Shown: positions 47,933-60,035, numbered from the stretch's first letter. The stretch: 64,000 nucleotides of DNA from Flavobacteriales bacterium (GCA_026418175.1 JAOABX010000008.1:40111-104110); one strand, 5' to 3'. Translations and numbers: made by a program. Notes: generated by a model not told the origin, from the sequence alone.

Positions 47933-50164
47933 ATGATACCTGATCCCGAACAGGAAAGACGAGAAATACTTCGCAGATATAAGGAATTGCTGAAATATGC
48001 ATATCCTTTGGTGCCTGACCGGGAGGAACGCAAGCAAATTAAAAAAGCATTTCAAATCGCGGTGGATGCGCATAAAGAAATGCGTAGAAAATCTGGTGAG
48101 CCTTACATTTATCATCCCATTGCAGTGGCACAAATTGTGGTACAGGAAATGGGATTGGGTGCTACTTCCGTTATTTGTGCACTATTACACGATGTAGTAG
48201 AAGATACCGAGTTGACACTCGAAGATATTGAAAAATTCTTTGGGCCTACAGTGGCCAGGATTATTGATGGCCTGACAAAAATTTCGGGGGTTTTTGATAA
48301 TACAAAATCCATTCAGGCTGAAAATTTCCGTAAGATAGTATTAACGCTTTCGGAAGATATTCGTGTAATATTGATTAAGATTGCCGACCGTCTCCATAAC
48401 ATGCGTACGCTTGAACACATGCGTCGCGATAAGCAATTAAAAATTGCATCTGAAACGTTGTTTCTTTATGCTCCGTTAGCTCATCGTTTGGGTTTGTATA
48501 ATATAAAAACAGAGCTCGAAGATTTATCCTTGAAATACGTTGAGCCAGAAGCATATCAAGAAATCATTAATAAGCTTGAAAAATCTAAAGATGTTCGGGA
48601 ACGTTTTATTCGCCAGTTTACTCAGCCCATAAAAAAGAAATTGGATGAAATGGGCTTGGTTTATGAAATAAAAGGAAGAACCAAATCAGTTTATTCCATT
48701 TGGAACAAAATTCATAATAAAGGGGTGCCGTTTGAAGAAATCTACGACATTTTTGCTATTCGAATTATTCTCGACGTTCCTCAGCAACTCGAAAAATCAG
48801 AGATTTGGAAAACTTATTCGGTGGTTACAGATTTGTATCAACCCAAACCTGACCGGTTGCGTGACTGGATTTCATTTCCTCGTGCCAATGGATATGAATC
48901 GTTGCATGTAACAGTAATGAGTCCTACAGGTAAATGGGTAGAAGTACAAATACGGTCTAAACGAATGGACGAAGTAGCCGAACGCGGATATGCTGCTCAT
49001 TGGAAGTATAAAGAATCAAATACTGAAACGGCCATAGACGAATGGATTACGCGTATCCGTGAATTGCTTGAAAACAAAGAAGAAGAAGCTGTAGATTTTG
49101 TTGATGCATTCAAACTAAATTTATATACTGACGAGATTTATGTTTTTACTCCAAAGGGAGAACTAAAAACCTTGCCTGCAAATGCTACGGCACTTGATTT
49201 TGCTTATGAAATTCACAGTGATGTAGGCGATCATTGCCTTGGAGCCAAAGTAAACAATAAGTTGGTGCCATTGAGTTATAGACTCAATAGTGGAGATCAA
49301 ATTGAAATTATAACATCTCAAAAACAAACTCCCAAAGAAGATTGGCTAAATTTTGTAAATACCAGCAAAGCAAAAGCTAAAATTAAGGCAGCGCTTAAAG
49401 AAGAAAAGAAACGCATTGCCGAAGAAGGAAAAGCTATTTTTGAACGTAAACTGCGTCGGTTAAATTTTAACTTCAATCCGGAGGATATTAATACACTTTT
49501 AAAGTACTTTAAATTACCCGATGAGCAGGAATTCTTTTATCGCGTAGGAAAGGGTATTATCACCAGTCAACAAATTAAAAATTTTTATAGAGAAGAAGGT
49601 AAAAAAAGCTGGTATTCATATCTTACAAATCGCCTGAGCAGAAAGGCTACCAAGAAAAAAGAAGAAAAAGAAAACTTTGATTCACTATTAAAAAAATTTG
49701 ATCGTGGAAGTGAACAATTATTGATTGGCGACAGTGAAGAAAAAATAGATTACACCTTGGCTCCGTGTTGCAACCCAATTCCGGGCGATGAAGTGTTTGG
49801 GTTTGTTACCATCAACGATGGAATTAAAATACATAAAATCAGTTGTCCCAATGCCATTCAGTTGCTATCAAATTATGCGTATCGAGTTGTAAAAGCGAAG
49901 TGGGTGGGCGCTGAAACTTTATCATTTCTTACGGGTATTACCGTAAAAGGTATTGATGAAGTGGGAATAGTAAATAAAATCACTAAACTCATATCCAATC
50001 AAATGAAAGTGAACATGCGTTCACTCAGTTTTGATTCAAACGATGGAATTTTTGAAGGAAAAATTACGTTATTTGTACAAGATACTCGTCACCTCAACGA
50101 ATTGATGGAAAAACTAAAAAGAGTTCCGGGGGTGACTTCGGTAGAACGAATCGATCAGGCTTAA
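47933..50164 (+). CDS. relA: Bifunctional (p)ppGpp synthetase/hydrolase (RSH)
   Basis: [41 protein letters not shown], then TGS and ACT domains. Confidence 0.95.
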   Translation: MIPDPEQERREILRRYKELLKYAYPLVPDREERKQIKKAFQIAVDAHKEMRRKSGEPYIYHPIAVAQIVVQEMGLGATSVICALLHDVVEDTELTLEDIEKFFGPTVARIIDGLTKISGVFDNTKSIQAENFRKIVLTLSEDIRVILIKIADRLHNMRTLEHMRRDKQLKIASETLFLYAPLAHRLGLYNIKTELEDLSLKYVEPEAYQEIINKLEKSKDVRERFIRQFTQPIKKKLDEMGLVYEIKGRTKSVYSIWNKIHNKGVPFEEIYDIFAIRIILDVPQQLEKSEIWKTYSVVTDLYQPKPDRLRDWISFPRANGYESLHVTVMSPTGKWVEVQIRSKRMDEVAERGYAAHWKYKESNTETAIDEWITRIRELLENKEEEAVDFVDAFKLNLYTDEIYVFTPKGELKTLPANATALDFAYEIHSDVGDHCLGAKVNNKLVPLSYRLNSGDQIEIITSQKQTPKEDWLNFVNTSKAKAKIKAALKEEKKRIAEEGKAIFERKLRRLNFNFNPEDINTLLKYFKLPDEQEFFYRVGKGIITSQQIKNFYREEGKKSWYSYLTNRLSRKATKKKEEKENFDSLLKKFDRGSEQLLIGDSEEKIDYTLAPCCNPIPGDEVFGFVTINDGIKIHKISCPNAIQLLSNYAYRVVKAKWVGAETLSFLTGITVKGIDEVGIVNKITKLISNQMKVNMRSLSFDSNDGIFEGKITLFVQDTRHLNELMEKLKRVPGVTSVERIDQA

Positions 50165-50168
50165 GTAT

Positions 50169-50639
50169 ATGCAGGATAACGATACATTATCAAAAGTAAA
50201 ACATATTTTTTCTTCGTATTTGGAGAAAAGAGGACACCGTAAAACACCTGAACGTTTTGCGATTTTGGATGAAATTTATTCCAGAAACGAGCATTTTGAT
50301 GTAGAAGAACTATATATCAGCATGAAAAATCGCAACTATCGTGTGAGCCGAGCTACAGTGTATAATACACTCGATTTACTCTTAGATTGCGATTTGGTGA
50401 GAAAACACCAGTTTACTGGTAATTTGGCTCAATATGAAAAGTCGTTTGGAAATAAACAACACGATCATCTCATTTGCATGGATTGCGGGAAAGTTATTGA
50501 ATTTTGTGACCCCAGAATCCATCATATTCAAACCGGTGTGGCTGATTTATTGAATTTTGAGGTGATGAATCATTCCTTCATCATTTATGGAAATTGCCGT
50601 GATGCACAATGCGAAGGCAAGCAACCCAAAAAGAATTAA
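50169..50639 (+). CDS. fur: Fur family transcriptional regulator
   Basis: [30 protein letters not shown]. Confidence 0.9.
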   Translation: MQDNDTLSKVKHIFSSYLEKRGHRKTPERFAILDEIYSRNEHFDVEELYISMKNRNYRVSRATVYNTLDLLLDCDLVRKHQFTGNLAQYEKSFGNKQHDHLICMDCGKVIEFCDPRIHHIQTGVADLLNFEVMNHSFIIYGNCRDAQCEGKQPKKN

Positions 50640-50666
50640 TTTTTATCTTTATTTAAAATTTTTTAC

Positions 50667-51011
50667 GTGTCGTTTACGTATTCCATAGAACCCAAAGATA
50701 AGTATGCCGTGATTAGACTTCATGGGGCCTTACTTAGCAGTTTTGAAGCAAAGCCATTTTTGGAAGAATTGCACGAAGTACGAAAAACCATCAACCGATT
50801 TGTGGTTGACCTTCAGGAATTAAAGCACATGAGCAGTGAAGGCTTAGGTGTGTTGATCCAGATTCTTACCAAAGCCCGAAATGCCGGCGGTGATGCAGTG
50901 ATAATCAATTTATCAACAGAACTCCAACAATTATTTATTATTACCAAGCTGAATTCTATTTTTACCATCGCAAAAGATGTTCGTTCAGCCGTCAAAATAT
51001 TGGCGAGCTGA
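50667..51011 (+). CDS. STAS-domain anti-anti-sigma factor
   Basis: VVDLQELKHMSSEGLGVL, ITKLNSIF. Confidence 0.85.
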   Translation: MSFTYSIEPKDKYAVIRLHGALLSSFEAKPFLEELHEVRKTINRFVVDLQELKHMSSEGLGVLIQILTKARNAGGDAVIINLSTELQQLFIITKLNSIFTIAKDVRSAVKILAS

Positions 51012-51036
51012 TTTTTATTTTTAAATCAAACAAAGT

Positions 51037-52308
51037 ATGAGCAAAGCTGATGTGTTGCTGGGTTTGCAATGGGGTGACGAAGGAAAAGGAAAAATAGTGG
51101 ATGTACTTACCCCGCAGTATGACCTGATTGCCAGGTTTCAGGGAGGCCCTAATGCTGGCCATTCCCTTGAATTTGAAGGAACAAAACATGTATTGCATAC
51201 CATCCCTTCCGGAATATTTCATGCTGACAAACAAAACCTGATTGGAAATGGAGTAGTGATAGATCCGATTATTTTAAATCGGGAAGTAGAAAAACTTTTA
51301 GAAAAGGGGGTGGATGTATCCAAAAACTTACTTGTTTCGCGAAAAGCCCATCTTATATTACCTACCCATCGTATACTAGATGCTGCATCTGAAGCATCCA
51401 AAGGATTATCTAAAATTGGCTCTACCCTCAAGGGGATAGGTCCAACATACATGGATAAAACCGGAAGAAATGGTATTCGCGTGGGAGATACTGAATTGCC
51501 GGATTTTAAGGATAAATATGAGTTTTTACGCAACAAGCATCTGGAGCTCATCCGTTTGTATGATTATTCAGACTTTGACCTGGATAAAATGGAGCAGGAA
51601 TGGTTTGAATCACTGAAAGTTTTCAACCGGCTTCCTAAAGTAGATAGTGAACATTTGGTAAATACTTACTTACAACAGGATAAAAAAGTTTTGGCCGAAG
51701 GCGCTCAGGGCACTTTGCTGGATATAGATTTTGGTAGCTATCCGTTTGTTACTTCTTCCAACACCATTACAGCCGGAGCTTGTACCGGATTAGGCATAGC
51801 TCCAAATCGTATAGGCGAAGTGTTTGGTATTTTTAAAGCATACTGTACACGCGTAGGAAGTGGGCCATTCCCTACCGAATTGTATGATGAAACCGGCGAA
51901 AAATTACGACAGATTGGCCGTGAATTTGGCTCTACCACCGGTAGGCCTCGACGTTGCGGTTGGCTTGATTTGCCTTCGTTGCGTTATGCTATTATGATCA
52001 ATGGTGTTACACAGCTAATCATGATGAAGTCAGATGTACTTAGTGATTTTGATACCATTAAAGTTTGTACTTCATACCGTTATAATGGTGAGCTCATAGA
52101 TTATCTACCCTATGATTTACTAAGCGGTAAGATTGAACCAATTTATACGGAAATAAAAGGATGGAAAACCGATATTTCGACTTGTAAAAACAGTCATGAA
52201 CTTCCATTAGAATTTTTGAATTACGTACAGTTTATTGAGCAGCAAGTTAATGTTCCAATAACAATATTATCTGTAGGCCCTGATCGTTCACAGACAATGT
52301 TTAGATGA
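51037..52308 (+). CDS. purA: Adenylosuccinate synthetase
   Basis: GLQWGDEGKGK, RFQGGPNAGH, EGAQG, YPFVTSS, TTGRPRRCGW. Confidence 0.98.
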   Translation: MSKADVLLGLQWGDEGKGKIVDVLTPQYDLIARFQGGPNAGHSLEFEGTKHVLHTIPSGIFHADKQNLIGNGVVIDPIILNREVEKLLEKGVDVSKNLLVSRKAHLILPTHRILDAASEASKGLSKIGSTLKGIGPTYMDKTGRNGIRVGDTELPDFKDKYEFLRNKHLELIRLYDYSDFDLDKMEQEWFESLKVFNRLPKVDSEHLVNTYLQQDKKVLAEGAQGTLLDIDFGSYPFVTSSNTITAGACTGLGIAPNRIGEVFGIFKAYCTRVGSGPFPTELYDETGEKLRQIGREFGSTTGRPRRCGWLDLPSLRYAIMINGVTQLIMMKSDVLSDFDTIKVCTSYRYNGELIDYLPYDLLSGKIEPIYTEIKGWKTDISTCKNSHELPLEFLNYVQFIEQQVNVPITILSVGPDRSQTMFR

Positions 52309-52311
52309 AAT

Positions 52312-52338
52312 AAAAAAGAGGCCTTTAAGGCCTCTTTT
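52312..52338. terminator. Bidirectional terminator
   Basis: AAAAAAGAGGCCTT-T-AAGGCCTCTTTT between convergent genes. Confidence 0.8.
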
Positions 52339-52354
52339 CTTTGCTAGTTAAATT

Positions 52355-54643
52355 TTATTTCTTTATAAAACGTTGAATTACTTTTTCTCCTGTGGATGTA
52401 TCCATGATGATAAGATAATAGCCACTATTTAACCACGATACATCTATAGAAATGGAACTGTTATTACAAATTTCTGAGAAAAGTTCGCTTCCTAAGGTGT
52501 TATAAATTTTCAATTGTTTAATGGTTAAGTTACTATTGATAGAAATAGTTATCAAATTAGATGCTGGATTAGGGTAAGTTACAACATCAAAATCAGATTC
52601 AATATCATCAATTCCAGCTGTTGAATAAACATTCACAGATGTTGGTGAACTTACCTCTGATGAACAATCATTGCTAACCGTTAGTTGTATAGTATAATTC
52701 CCGGGATTACTAAATACAATTTGTGGATTTTGAGAATTGCTAGTTGTTCCATTCACAAATTGCCAACCAGTAGCTGGAGAAATATTCCACTGCCATTGCG
52801 TAGGATTGTTTGTAGAACTATCAAATAATGAAAGAGTATCTCCTGTTCCTAAATTTGTTGAAGATGAATTAAACGAAGCAGTAATACTATAATTTTCATC
52901 TTCTTTAACATACAAATTTGTATTGATGGGTGGATTACAAATTTTAGTAATATTTCCTGAAGGCCATTTTACAATTACTGAATCAATACTAGTTGCGGTT
53001 CCAATACCAAAGTGAGGATTTAAAGTACCCATATTCCTAAAGCCAATTCCGGCTTGTACATCACGAATTTGTTTTCCCCATGCTCCATATAATTCAATGC
53101 GTGCACCAATTCCGTTGATATTACTTTGTACTCCTTTTAAGTTTAGTTTAATCCAATTATATCCGTTGGGTTGTGAAAAATAAACTGTATTGCCATTTTG
53201 AACATCGAGAAATCCATCATTATTCAAATCTCCCACAGGGCCAACATTTGCGGGCACATTGTAAAATGTAAATGTATTATTTCCATTATTTATTGCAATT
53301 CTTCCATCGGTAAAAACATCAACCCATCCATCATTGTTAAAATCATAAGAAACATACTCTATCGATGTGTAGGAATATGTATCCCAGCCGCTTCCGGCTT
53401 TAATTTCTGAACATTTTCAATTTCCATTATTGGACATGTATAAATTACCACCATCTGTAAAAGAGGTTACACCTATGATTACATCCATATCACCATCATT
53501 ATCAAAGTCGTTCCAGGCAGAAGACCAAGTCTGATTAGGGTGATTGAGGTTTGCAGCAGCAGATACATTGGTAAAAGTTCCATTGCCATTATTTCTATGT
53601 AATTCATTTATTTTCGCAGTACTAGCCCCACCTCTACATTTTGCAATAAATAAATCTTGGTCTCCATCATTGTCATAATCTATAAAAATAGAACCGTAAT
53701 TACCACCTTCTACATGGTCTCCCATTCCTCCCTGATGAAAAGTTAAACCACCACTTCCATTATTTAAAAAATATACATTGGGTGCTACATCATGACAAAC
53801 AAAGGCGTCTAAATGTCCATCATTATTTATATCCACAAAATTGCTACGTTGAGAAAAAACATAGTTCCCTGAAGTAAAATGCGTATATGAAGTTCCTGTA
53901 TTATTTGAATAGAAAAAACTTACTCCAGCTCCTCCTCCATAAAGTAGGTCATTGTATCCATCTTTGTTGTAATCGCCGATAGCCATGCTCCAGCTTGGTA
54001 AGTTGGCAGCTGTAGTTGTTGTAAAAGATACGGCATTGAAAGAGCCATTATTTTGTTGGTAAAGGATATAAATATTATTTGAAGATACAGATACTATATC
54101 ATCCAAGTAATCTCCATTCATATCAGCTACAGCTATTTTATAATCTCCTATAATATTGCTGAATGATTGAGGCGAAAACGTGACAGGTGGAGCAGGAGGG
54201 GGAGTGCCTTCAATTAATTCAAATGTAAAACCTGAATTATTCCAAAGATTATCAAATGCAATATAGTATGTTGTATTTGCTGTTGCATTAAACGAAGCAA
54301 CACAAAGCAAGCCACTTCCTGAATCATCATCACCTGCGATGCAAGATAAACTTCCACAATTCCCGGTATATATATGTACTCTGTTATCTATTCCATTATT
54401 GATTGGAAAATCTGTAGTGATAGTAACAAAATAATTTTGTGTTGGAGTGTACTTGTACCAATAACCAGCAGTAGCTCCAGCACCACCACTGGCACATACT
54501 GGGGTCGGTACTTCAGTTCCATTAACACTGGCAAAATTGTATGTACCCGCTGTAATTGTGATAGCTGTGTTACATGTACTTTGACTATAAATGGCTTTTG
54601 AAAATCCAATGAATAGTGCTAATAATAGTAGTTTGTTTTTCAT
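52355..54643 (-). pseudogene. FG-GAP/ASPIC-UnbV/PKD T9SS protein interrupted by one in-frame TGA (53417-53419)
   Basis: ORFs 53417-54643 and 52355-53257 share a frame; the 53 codons between them translate as an intact FG-GAP repeat (YDFNNDGWVDVF). Confidence 0.75.
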
Positions 54644-54659
54644 AATTAAAAAATTTAAA

Positions 54660-55760
54660 TTAATTGCAATCTGATAGAGTTAAAATATATTGTTTTAATA
54701 AATCTACAGCTTCTTTATGAACAATGGTTCTTCCTAATAATGGCATTCTGTTTGACTCGTCTACAGAATTCATGCGATAGTACATCATTGATTTGTTGTA
54801 ATTACCGGGTGTAATAACATAAACTTGTGATGGATTAATGATTTCTTGAGGCTCTACACAAAGTCCCATGTTAGTTCTATTTGTTGTTTCTGAAAATGCT
54901 AAACGTAAAGGCCGATAAGAACAATGTTTATTTTCTGCATGGCAATGAGCACAATTCATATCTAAGTATGATCTGATTCGTAATTCAATAGGCTGAGTAT
55001 CATCCTTAAAATCTACAACAGTATTTATATTATTAGGGAGTGGCCCTTCTAAATATCCAACATCAATAAGATGTTGCAACTGATTTTTAACTCCTGCATC
55101 AGAGTAATTATAATTCTTGTTTATATGTTGTGGTTTAATACCAATTGGAATGGGTATATCATAATGTTTATGACATACCATACATTCTGTTAATGAGGGC
55201 AACCTGTATGTGGTATTATATGTTTCGCTGTTGTGTATAAAAGAAATATCCAAATATTCACCATCGGTATCTAATATGGCTTCGGTTTGTTCATCATTCC
55301 ATTTATATTCTGCGAAAATCCATCCCTCTGGCTTTTTTATCATTAATCTTGTTTCTAAAATTTTTTTTACACTTTGTGGCAAAAAATTTTCATAATAAAA
55401 GTTTTTTATCAAAACAGTTCCAACAGGCATGTCTAATAATTCACCATCCCCTTGATAAGTTGCTTTAACTCCTGCTGGCATCCATATAAAACGTTTTTTA
55501 GAAGCATAATCGGTAAAAAGGCCTGTTATAGGTTCATAGGGTATTACTCCATTATTAGGAGTTAGGTTTTTGATATCACCAATAAAGAAACGATAGCTAG
55601 AAAGGGAGTCATATGGAACTTGAGATAGGTTAACATTCACGCTTGTGTCTTCAGGTAATGGATTGGGATCGTTGGGGTTTTCTTTATTACAAGAGTTGGT
55701 AAGTATAATTAAATTAGCAAGTAAAATAAACAGTGAAGTAATAATTAATTTTCGAATCAT
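54660..55760 (-). CDS. Diheme c-type cytochrome lipoprotein (SO2930-like)
   Basis: Lipobox TNSC; two CxxCH motifs (CMVCH, CAHCH); LFTDYASKKRF, LETRL, RMPLLGR. Confidence 0.8.
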   Translation of the reverse strand: MIRKLIITSLFILLANLIILTNSCNKENPNDPNPLPEDTSVNVNLSQVPYDSLSSYRFFIGDIKNLTPNNGVIPYEPITGLFTDYASKKRFIWMPAGVKATYQGDGELLDMPVGTVLIKNFYYENFLPQSVKKILETRLMIKKPEGWIFAEYKWNDEQTEAILDTDGEYLDISFIHNSETYNTTYRLPSLTECMVCHKHYDIPIPIGIKPQHINKNYNYSDAGVKNQLQHLIDVGYLEGPLPNNINTVVDFKDDTQPIELRIRSYLDMNCAHCHAENKHCSYRPLRLAFSETTNRTNMGLCVEPQEIINPSQVYVITPGNYNKSMMYYRMNSVDESNRMPLLGRTIVHKEAVDLLKQYILTLSDCN

Positions 55761-55837
55761 ATATTTGACTTATATTCAATAATATACTCTGTTAAATAAA
55801 ATATAAATTTATAAAAATTTCTTTAGAAAGTAAAAAC

Positions 55838-57949
55838 ATGAAAAATAGGAATACTATTTACATACTTTTACAATTTATCTTAATTATGAACATAGATGCA
55901 CAAACTATGCAAGCACCTAAGGCACTTAAAAAACCACATAAGATGGAGATTCATGGTCATGTTCGTATAGACGATTATTATTGGATGAATGAACGTGACA
56001 GTAAAGAAGTGTTAGATTATTTGAATGCTGAAAATGCATATACCGATGCAGAGCTGAATCACACAAAAGAATTACAGGAAAGCTTATTTAACGAAATGGT
56101 GGGTCGTATTAAGCAGACAGACCTTTCGGTACCTTATCGCTTGCGTGGATATTATTATTATTCTCGCTATGATGAAGGAAAGGAATATCCCATATACTGT
56201 CGGAAAAAAGGAAGCTTGGAGGCCGCTGAAGAAGTGATGCTCGATGTCAATAAACTCGCTGAGGGACAAAGCTACTGTGATGTCGTTGGACTTACTGTTA
56301 GTCCTGATAATACATTATTGGCATACGGGGTTGATTTTGTGAGCCGCCGTAAATACACATTATATATCAAAAATCTGATGAGTGGTGAAATAATTGAAAA
56401 AACAGTAGAAAATACGGATGGTTCTTATGTTTGGGCCAATGATAATAAAACTTTGTTTTATGATGTTAAGGATGAAGAAACCTTGCGTTCATACAAAATA
56501 AGAAAACATATATTAGGCACTCCGGCCAGTACTGATGTTGATGTTTTTGAAGAAAACGATGAAACATTTGGTTGTTATGTTTACAAATCAAAATCGCAGG
56601 AATATATTTTTATAAATTCTTATTCTACACTTACTTCAGAAGTTCGTTATCTCAAAGCATCGGACCCACAGGGTGAATTTAAAATTCTACAACCCAGAGA
56701 GCGGGATCATCTATACGGCGTTGAGCATTTTGATGATCATTTTTACATCAATACCAATTGGAATGCTAAGAATTTTCGGTTAATGAAAACCCCGATTAAC
56801 AAAACAGGAAAAGAAAACTGGGTAGAAGTAATACCACATCGCAATGATGTACTCATTGATGGATTTGAAATTTTCAAACAATACTTGGTATTAGAAGAAC
56901 GACAAAACGGATTGTTACAATTACATATAAAGTCATGGGATGGGAAAGTAGATTACCTGATTGACTTTGCTGAGCCTACCTACACGGTGGGATTGAATAT
57001 AAATGTGGATTTTGATACTGAAGTTTTACGATACTCATACACATCTTTCATTACACCCAATTCAGTGTATGATTTTAATATGCGAACTCGCAACAAAGCT
57101 TTGCTCAAGCAGCAGGAAGTGTTGGGTGGATATGATGGCCGTTTGTATGAATCTAAACGACTGTATGCAACAGCATCAGATGGCACAAAAATACCCATAT
57201 CTATGGTTTATAAAAAGGGAATAAAAACCGATGGAAAAAACCCATTGTTGTTATATGGATATGGTTCATACGGTGCCAGCATGGATGTGTACTTTAGTTC
57301 TGCCAGATTGTCTTTGCTTGATCGAGGATTTGTATTTGCCATAGCTCATATTCGGGGCGGGCAGGAAATGGGCCGCCAATGGTATGAAGACGGTAAATTA
57401 CTTAAAAAGAAGAATACATTTACCGATTTTATTGCTTGTGCAGAATATCTGATAGCTCAAAAATATACATCACCTGAACATTTATATTGCATGGGTGGAA
57501 GTGCCGGAGGATTGCTTATTGGCGCCGTTGTGAATATGCGACCTGATTTATTCAAGGGAGCTATAGCACAGGTTCCGTTTGTGGATGTTGTTACTACCAT
57601 GCTGGACGAGTCAATTCCACTAACTACGGGTGAATTTGACGAATGGGGCAATCCTAAAGATAAAATTTACTATGATTACATGCTTTCTTATTCCCCGTAT
57701 GATAATGTAAAAAAACAAGCATACCCCAACATGCTTATCACTACAGGGTATCATGATTCGCAAGTGCAATATTTTGAACCAGCCAAGTGGGTTGCTAAGC
57801 TAAGGGAAAACAATACGGGAACTTCAAAGATCTTGTTCTTTTGCGAAATGGAAGCAGGTCATGGCGGAAAAAGCGGCCGTTTTCAACGCCTGCGTGAAGT
57901 CGCTTTAGAATATGCCTTTTTACTTGATTTGGAGGGAATAAGAAAATAA
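55838..57949 (+). CDS. ptrB: Oligopeptidase B (S9A)
   Basis: DDYYWM, YGYGSYG, HIRGG, GGSAGG nucleophile, HDSQV, AGHGG. Confidence 0.95.
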   Translation: MKNRNTIYILLQFILIMNIDAQTMQAPKALKKPHKMEIHGHVRIDDYYWMNERDSKEVLDYLNAENAYTDAELNHTKELQESLFNEMVGRIKQTDLSVPYRLRGYYYYSRYDEGKEYPIYCRKKGSLEAAEEVMLDVNKLAEGQSYCDVVGLTVSPDNTLLAYGVDFVSRRKYTLYIKNLMSGEIIEKTVENTDGSYVWANDNKTLFYDVKDEETLRSYKIRKHILGTPASTDVDVFEENDETFGCYVYKSKSQEYIFINSYSTLTSEVRYLKASDPQGEFKILQPRERDHLYGVEHFDDHFYINTNWNAKNFRLMKTPINKTGKENWVEVIPHRNDVLIDGFEIFKQYLVLEERQNGLLQLHIKSWDGKVDYLIDFAEPTYTVGLNINVDFDTEVLRYSYTSFITPNSVYDFNMRTRNKALLKQQEVLGGYDGRLYESKRLYATASDGTKIPISMVYKKGIKTDGKNPLLLYGYGSYGASMDVYFSSARLSLLDRGFVFAIAHIRGGQEMGRQWYEDGKLLKKKNTFTDFIACAEYLIAQKYTSPEHLYCMGGSAGGLLIGAVVNMRPDLFKGAIAQVPFVDVVTTMLDESIPLTTGEFDEWGNPKDKIYYDYMLSYSPYDNVKKQAYPNMLITTGYHDSQVQYFEPAKWVAKLRENNTGTSKILFFCEMEAGHGGKSGRFQRLREVALEYAFLLDLEGIRK

Positions 57950-58010
57950 TTATTAGAAAGGTTTAGTAAAAATTGATTTAATTTTAAAAAATATCAGCTC
58001 ACATAAATAA

Positions 58011-58038
58011 GAAAAAGGCACTATTATGTGCCTTTTTC
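58011..58038. terminator. Bidirectional terminator between ptrB and tRNA-His
   Basis: GAAAAAGGCAC-TATTAT-GTGCCTTTTTC. Confidence 0.8.
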
Positions 58039-58045
58039 TTTTGAG

Positions 58046-58120
58046 GGAGGAAGAGGGGACTCGAACCCCCGGCCTTCAGAGCCACAATCTGACGCTCTAA
58101 CCAACTGAGCTACAACCTCC
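58046..58120 (-). tRNA. tRNA-His (GTG)
   Basis: Cloverleaf with anticodon loop TT-GTG-GC, GGTTCGAG T-arm, G-1:C73; CCA not encoded; TATATTTG promoter at 58132-58139. Confidence 0.93.
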
Positions 58121-58169
58121 GTTTGAGGGCGCAAATATACAAAAATTTAAGAATATGAGCAGTTGTTGC

Positions 58170-58799
58170 TTATTGTGATATAATTTTTGTTTTATTGCCT
58201 TGTTTCTCCTTTTTACGCATCACTCGTTGGGAATATTCCAGGAGTTTCTTGTTAAATTCAAATACCCCACTTTCATAATTTCTGAATTGCATGCGTATAA
58301 AAAAAGGAAATGGCCTCCGCAGTTGTTTGAACGTACTATCACGTACCACCAACGCCGGCAACCCAAAATTAGAGGATGGAGCTTCCAATTCATCCAGTTC
58401 TGCAATCAAGTATGGGCGGTTACCCAGCAAATCATCTGGTAAACGTTGTAAAGAGTCATTTATGAAAATCCCCTTAGTTTTTCTGCTTCGCAATGAATCA
58501 GTGGAGGTATTTAAAAAAAATAATACCGGGCTAAATGTGTATTCCTTGGAAAATGCTTTTATAATGGCCTTGTTTTCAGTTTCCCAAAATTTAGCTATTT
58601 CATCTGCTTCAGCATTCTTACCAGCTTGCCGCAATAGTTTTATTTGGTTACTACCGGTTTTTAATCGTACCAGCAACACGCCTTGTTTTAGAGTGTTTAA
58701 ACAGCGTTCTGCTTCGTTGATTTCAGCCTTGCTGGCCACATAACACGACGCTAATAACATTATAAATAAAACAGTAATTAATAGGTAAACATTCTTCAT
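58170..58799 (-). CDS. Hypothetical lipoprotein
   Basis: Lipobox LASC; LKQGVLLVRL and PFPFF segments. Confidence 0.7.
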   Translation of the reverse strand: MKNVYLLITVLFIMLLASCYVASKAEINEAERCLNTLKQGVLLVRLKTGSNQIKLLRQAGKNAEADEIAKFWETENKAIIKAFSKEYTFSPVLFFLNTSTDSLRSRKTKGIFINDSLQRLPDDLLGNRPYLIAELDELEAPSSNFGLPALVVRDSTFKQLRRPFPFFIRMQFRNYESGVFEFNKKLLEYSQRVMRKKEKQGNKTKIISQ

Positions 58800-59321
58800 T
58801 TTATTTTGGCTTGATAACAATATTACTTAATTCAAATCTTTTAAGTATTAAAAATTCAAAATCAATTTTCACTATTATTTTTTATCGAATTAATAAAATC
58901 AGAAAAATTCAGTACGAATCTACAGCTTTGGTACTTCATTGCCCGTGTAAATTATGGCTATTTCTTTTTGGGAGTTGCATGTTGTGGTTATAAAATAAAA
59001 GCGACGCATTACTACTTAATTTATATTTTACTTTTTACAATATGAAGTATTGTTTTATTAAATGTGCCCCCAATTAAGCAAATACATGTCAATAACCCTT
59101 CTTAGGTTTATTTCTTAATCTGGTTTAAGAGCAAATCATTTTACAGCATGTAATTTTGCACTGTAAATTTTATGGAATTATCATGAATCAAAATAATTTT
59201 AAAATGTATGGTCTGGCAGAAGTTGATCGCACTATTGCTTCGATTCATGGTATTTCATTAACCAATAATCAAAGTGACGAAGTTCGTTTTAATCATTTGC
59301 CCCTTCCAAATAATCCAATAT

Positions 59322-60035
59322 ATGAACAATAAGGTGATACACAAAGCCAATACCCGTGGAAAATCAGATCATGGATGGTTACAATCATACCATAGTTTTA
59401 GTTTTGCTGGGTATTACAACCCAGAACGTATGGGCTTTGGAGTACTTCGTGTATTGAATGATGACCGTGTGGCTCCTGCCATGGGCTTCAGCAAGCATCC
59501 GCATGATAACATGGAAATCATTTCCATTCCGCTGCATGGTGATTTGGAACATCGAGACAGCATGGGGAATGTATCAGTAATTAAACAGCATGATGTTCAA
59601 ATCATGAGTGCCGGCACTGGAGTGTTTCATTCTGAAATGAATCGAAATAAAGATCTGGAAGTTGCGTTTCTTCAAATCTGGATTTATCCTAAAATGTACA
59701 ATATTCAACCTCGCTATGATCAGCGTACTTTTCATCCCAACGACAGGTTGAACAAAATGCAAGTGATAGTTTCGCCATACGGAGAATCTGGTTCGCTAAT
59801 CATTAATCAGGATGCCTGGTTATTGTTAGGTTGTTTTTCTGAGGAAGTGATCTATTCTTATAATCTTCGAAGAAAAGAAAATGGATTATATATTTTTGTG
59901 TTATCGGGTTCAGTAACCATTGACAGTGAAACATTGAATACCCGAGATGCCATGGGATTATGGGATATTGAAAATATTTCTTTGCACATTAAATCAGGCA
60001 GCGAATTATTGTTGTTGGACGTTCCGATGCAATAA
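59322..60035 (+). CDS. Pirin family protein (YhhW-like)
   Basis: HGWLQSYHSFSF, LRVLNDD, HPHDNMEI, HRDSMGN, MSAGTGVFHSE, LQIWI. Confidence 0.93.
   Translation: MNNKVIHKANTRGKSDHGWLQSYHSFSFAGYYNPERMGFGVLRVLNDDRVAPAMGFSKHPHDNMEIISIPLHGDLEHRDSMGNVSVIKQHDVQIMSAGTGVFHSEMNRNKDLEVAFLQIWIYPKMYNIQPRYDQRTFHPNDRLNKMQVIVSPYGESGSLIINQDAWLLLGCFSEEVIYSYNLRRKENGLYIFVLSGSVTIDSETLNTRDAMGLWDIENISLHIKSGSELLLLDVPMQ

Noticed and set aside
53417-53419. Selenocysteine or genetic-code reassignment of TGA
   Set aside because: The position corresponds to Gly in a structural repeat, no SECIS-like hairpin is evident, and TGA is a normal stop elsewhere (FNR, purA).
58046-58120. tRNA-His as a pseudogene because of two U-U acceptor-stem mismatches and no CCA
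   Set aside because: The other arms, G-1:C73, promoter and terminator are intact, and CCA can be added enzymatically.
58800-59321. Long intergenic region and 60-aa ORF as a riboswitch or small gene
   Set aside because: It is a divergent promoter region; the ORF is low-complexity with a TTG start and I saw no recognisable RNA structure.
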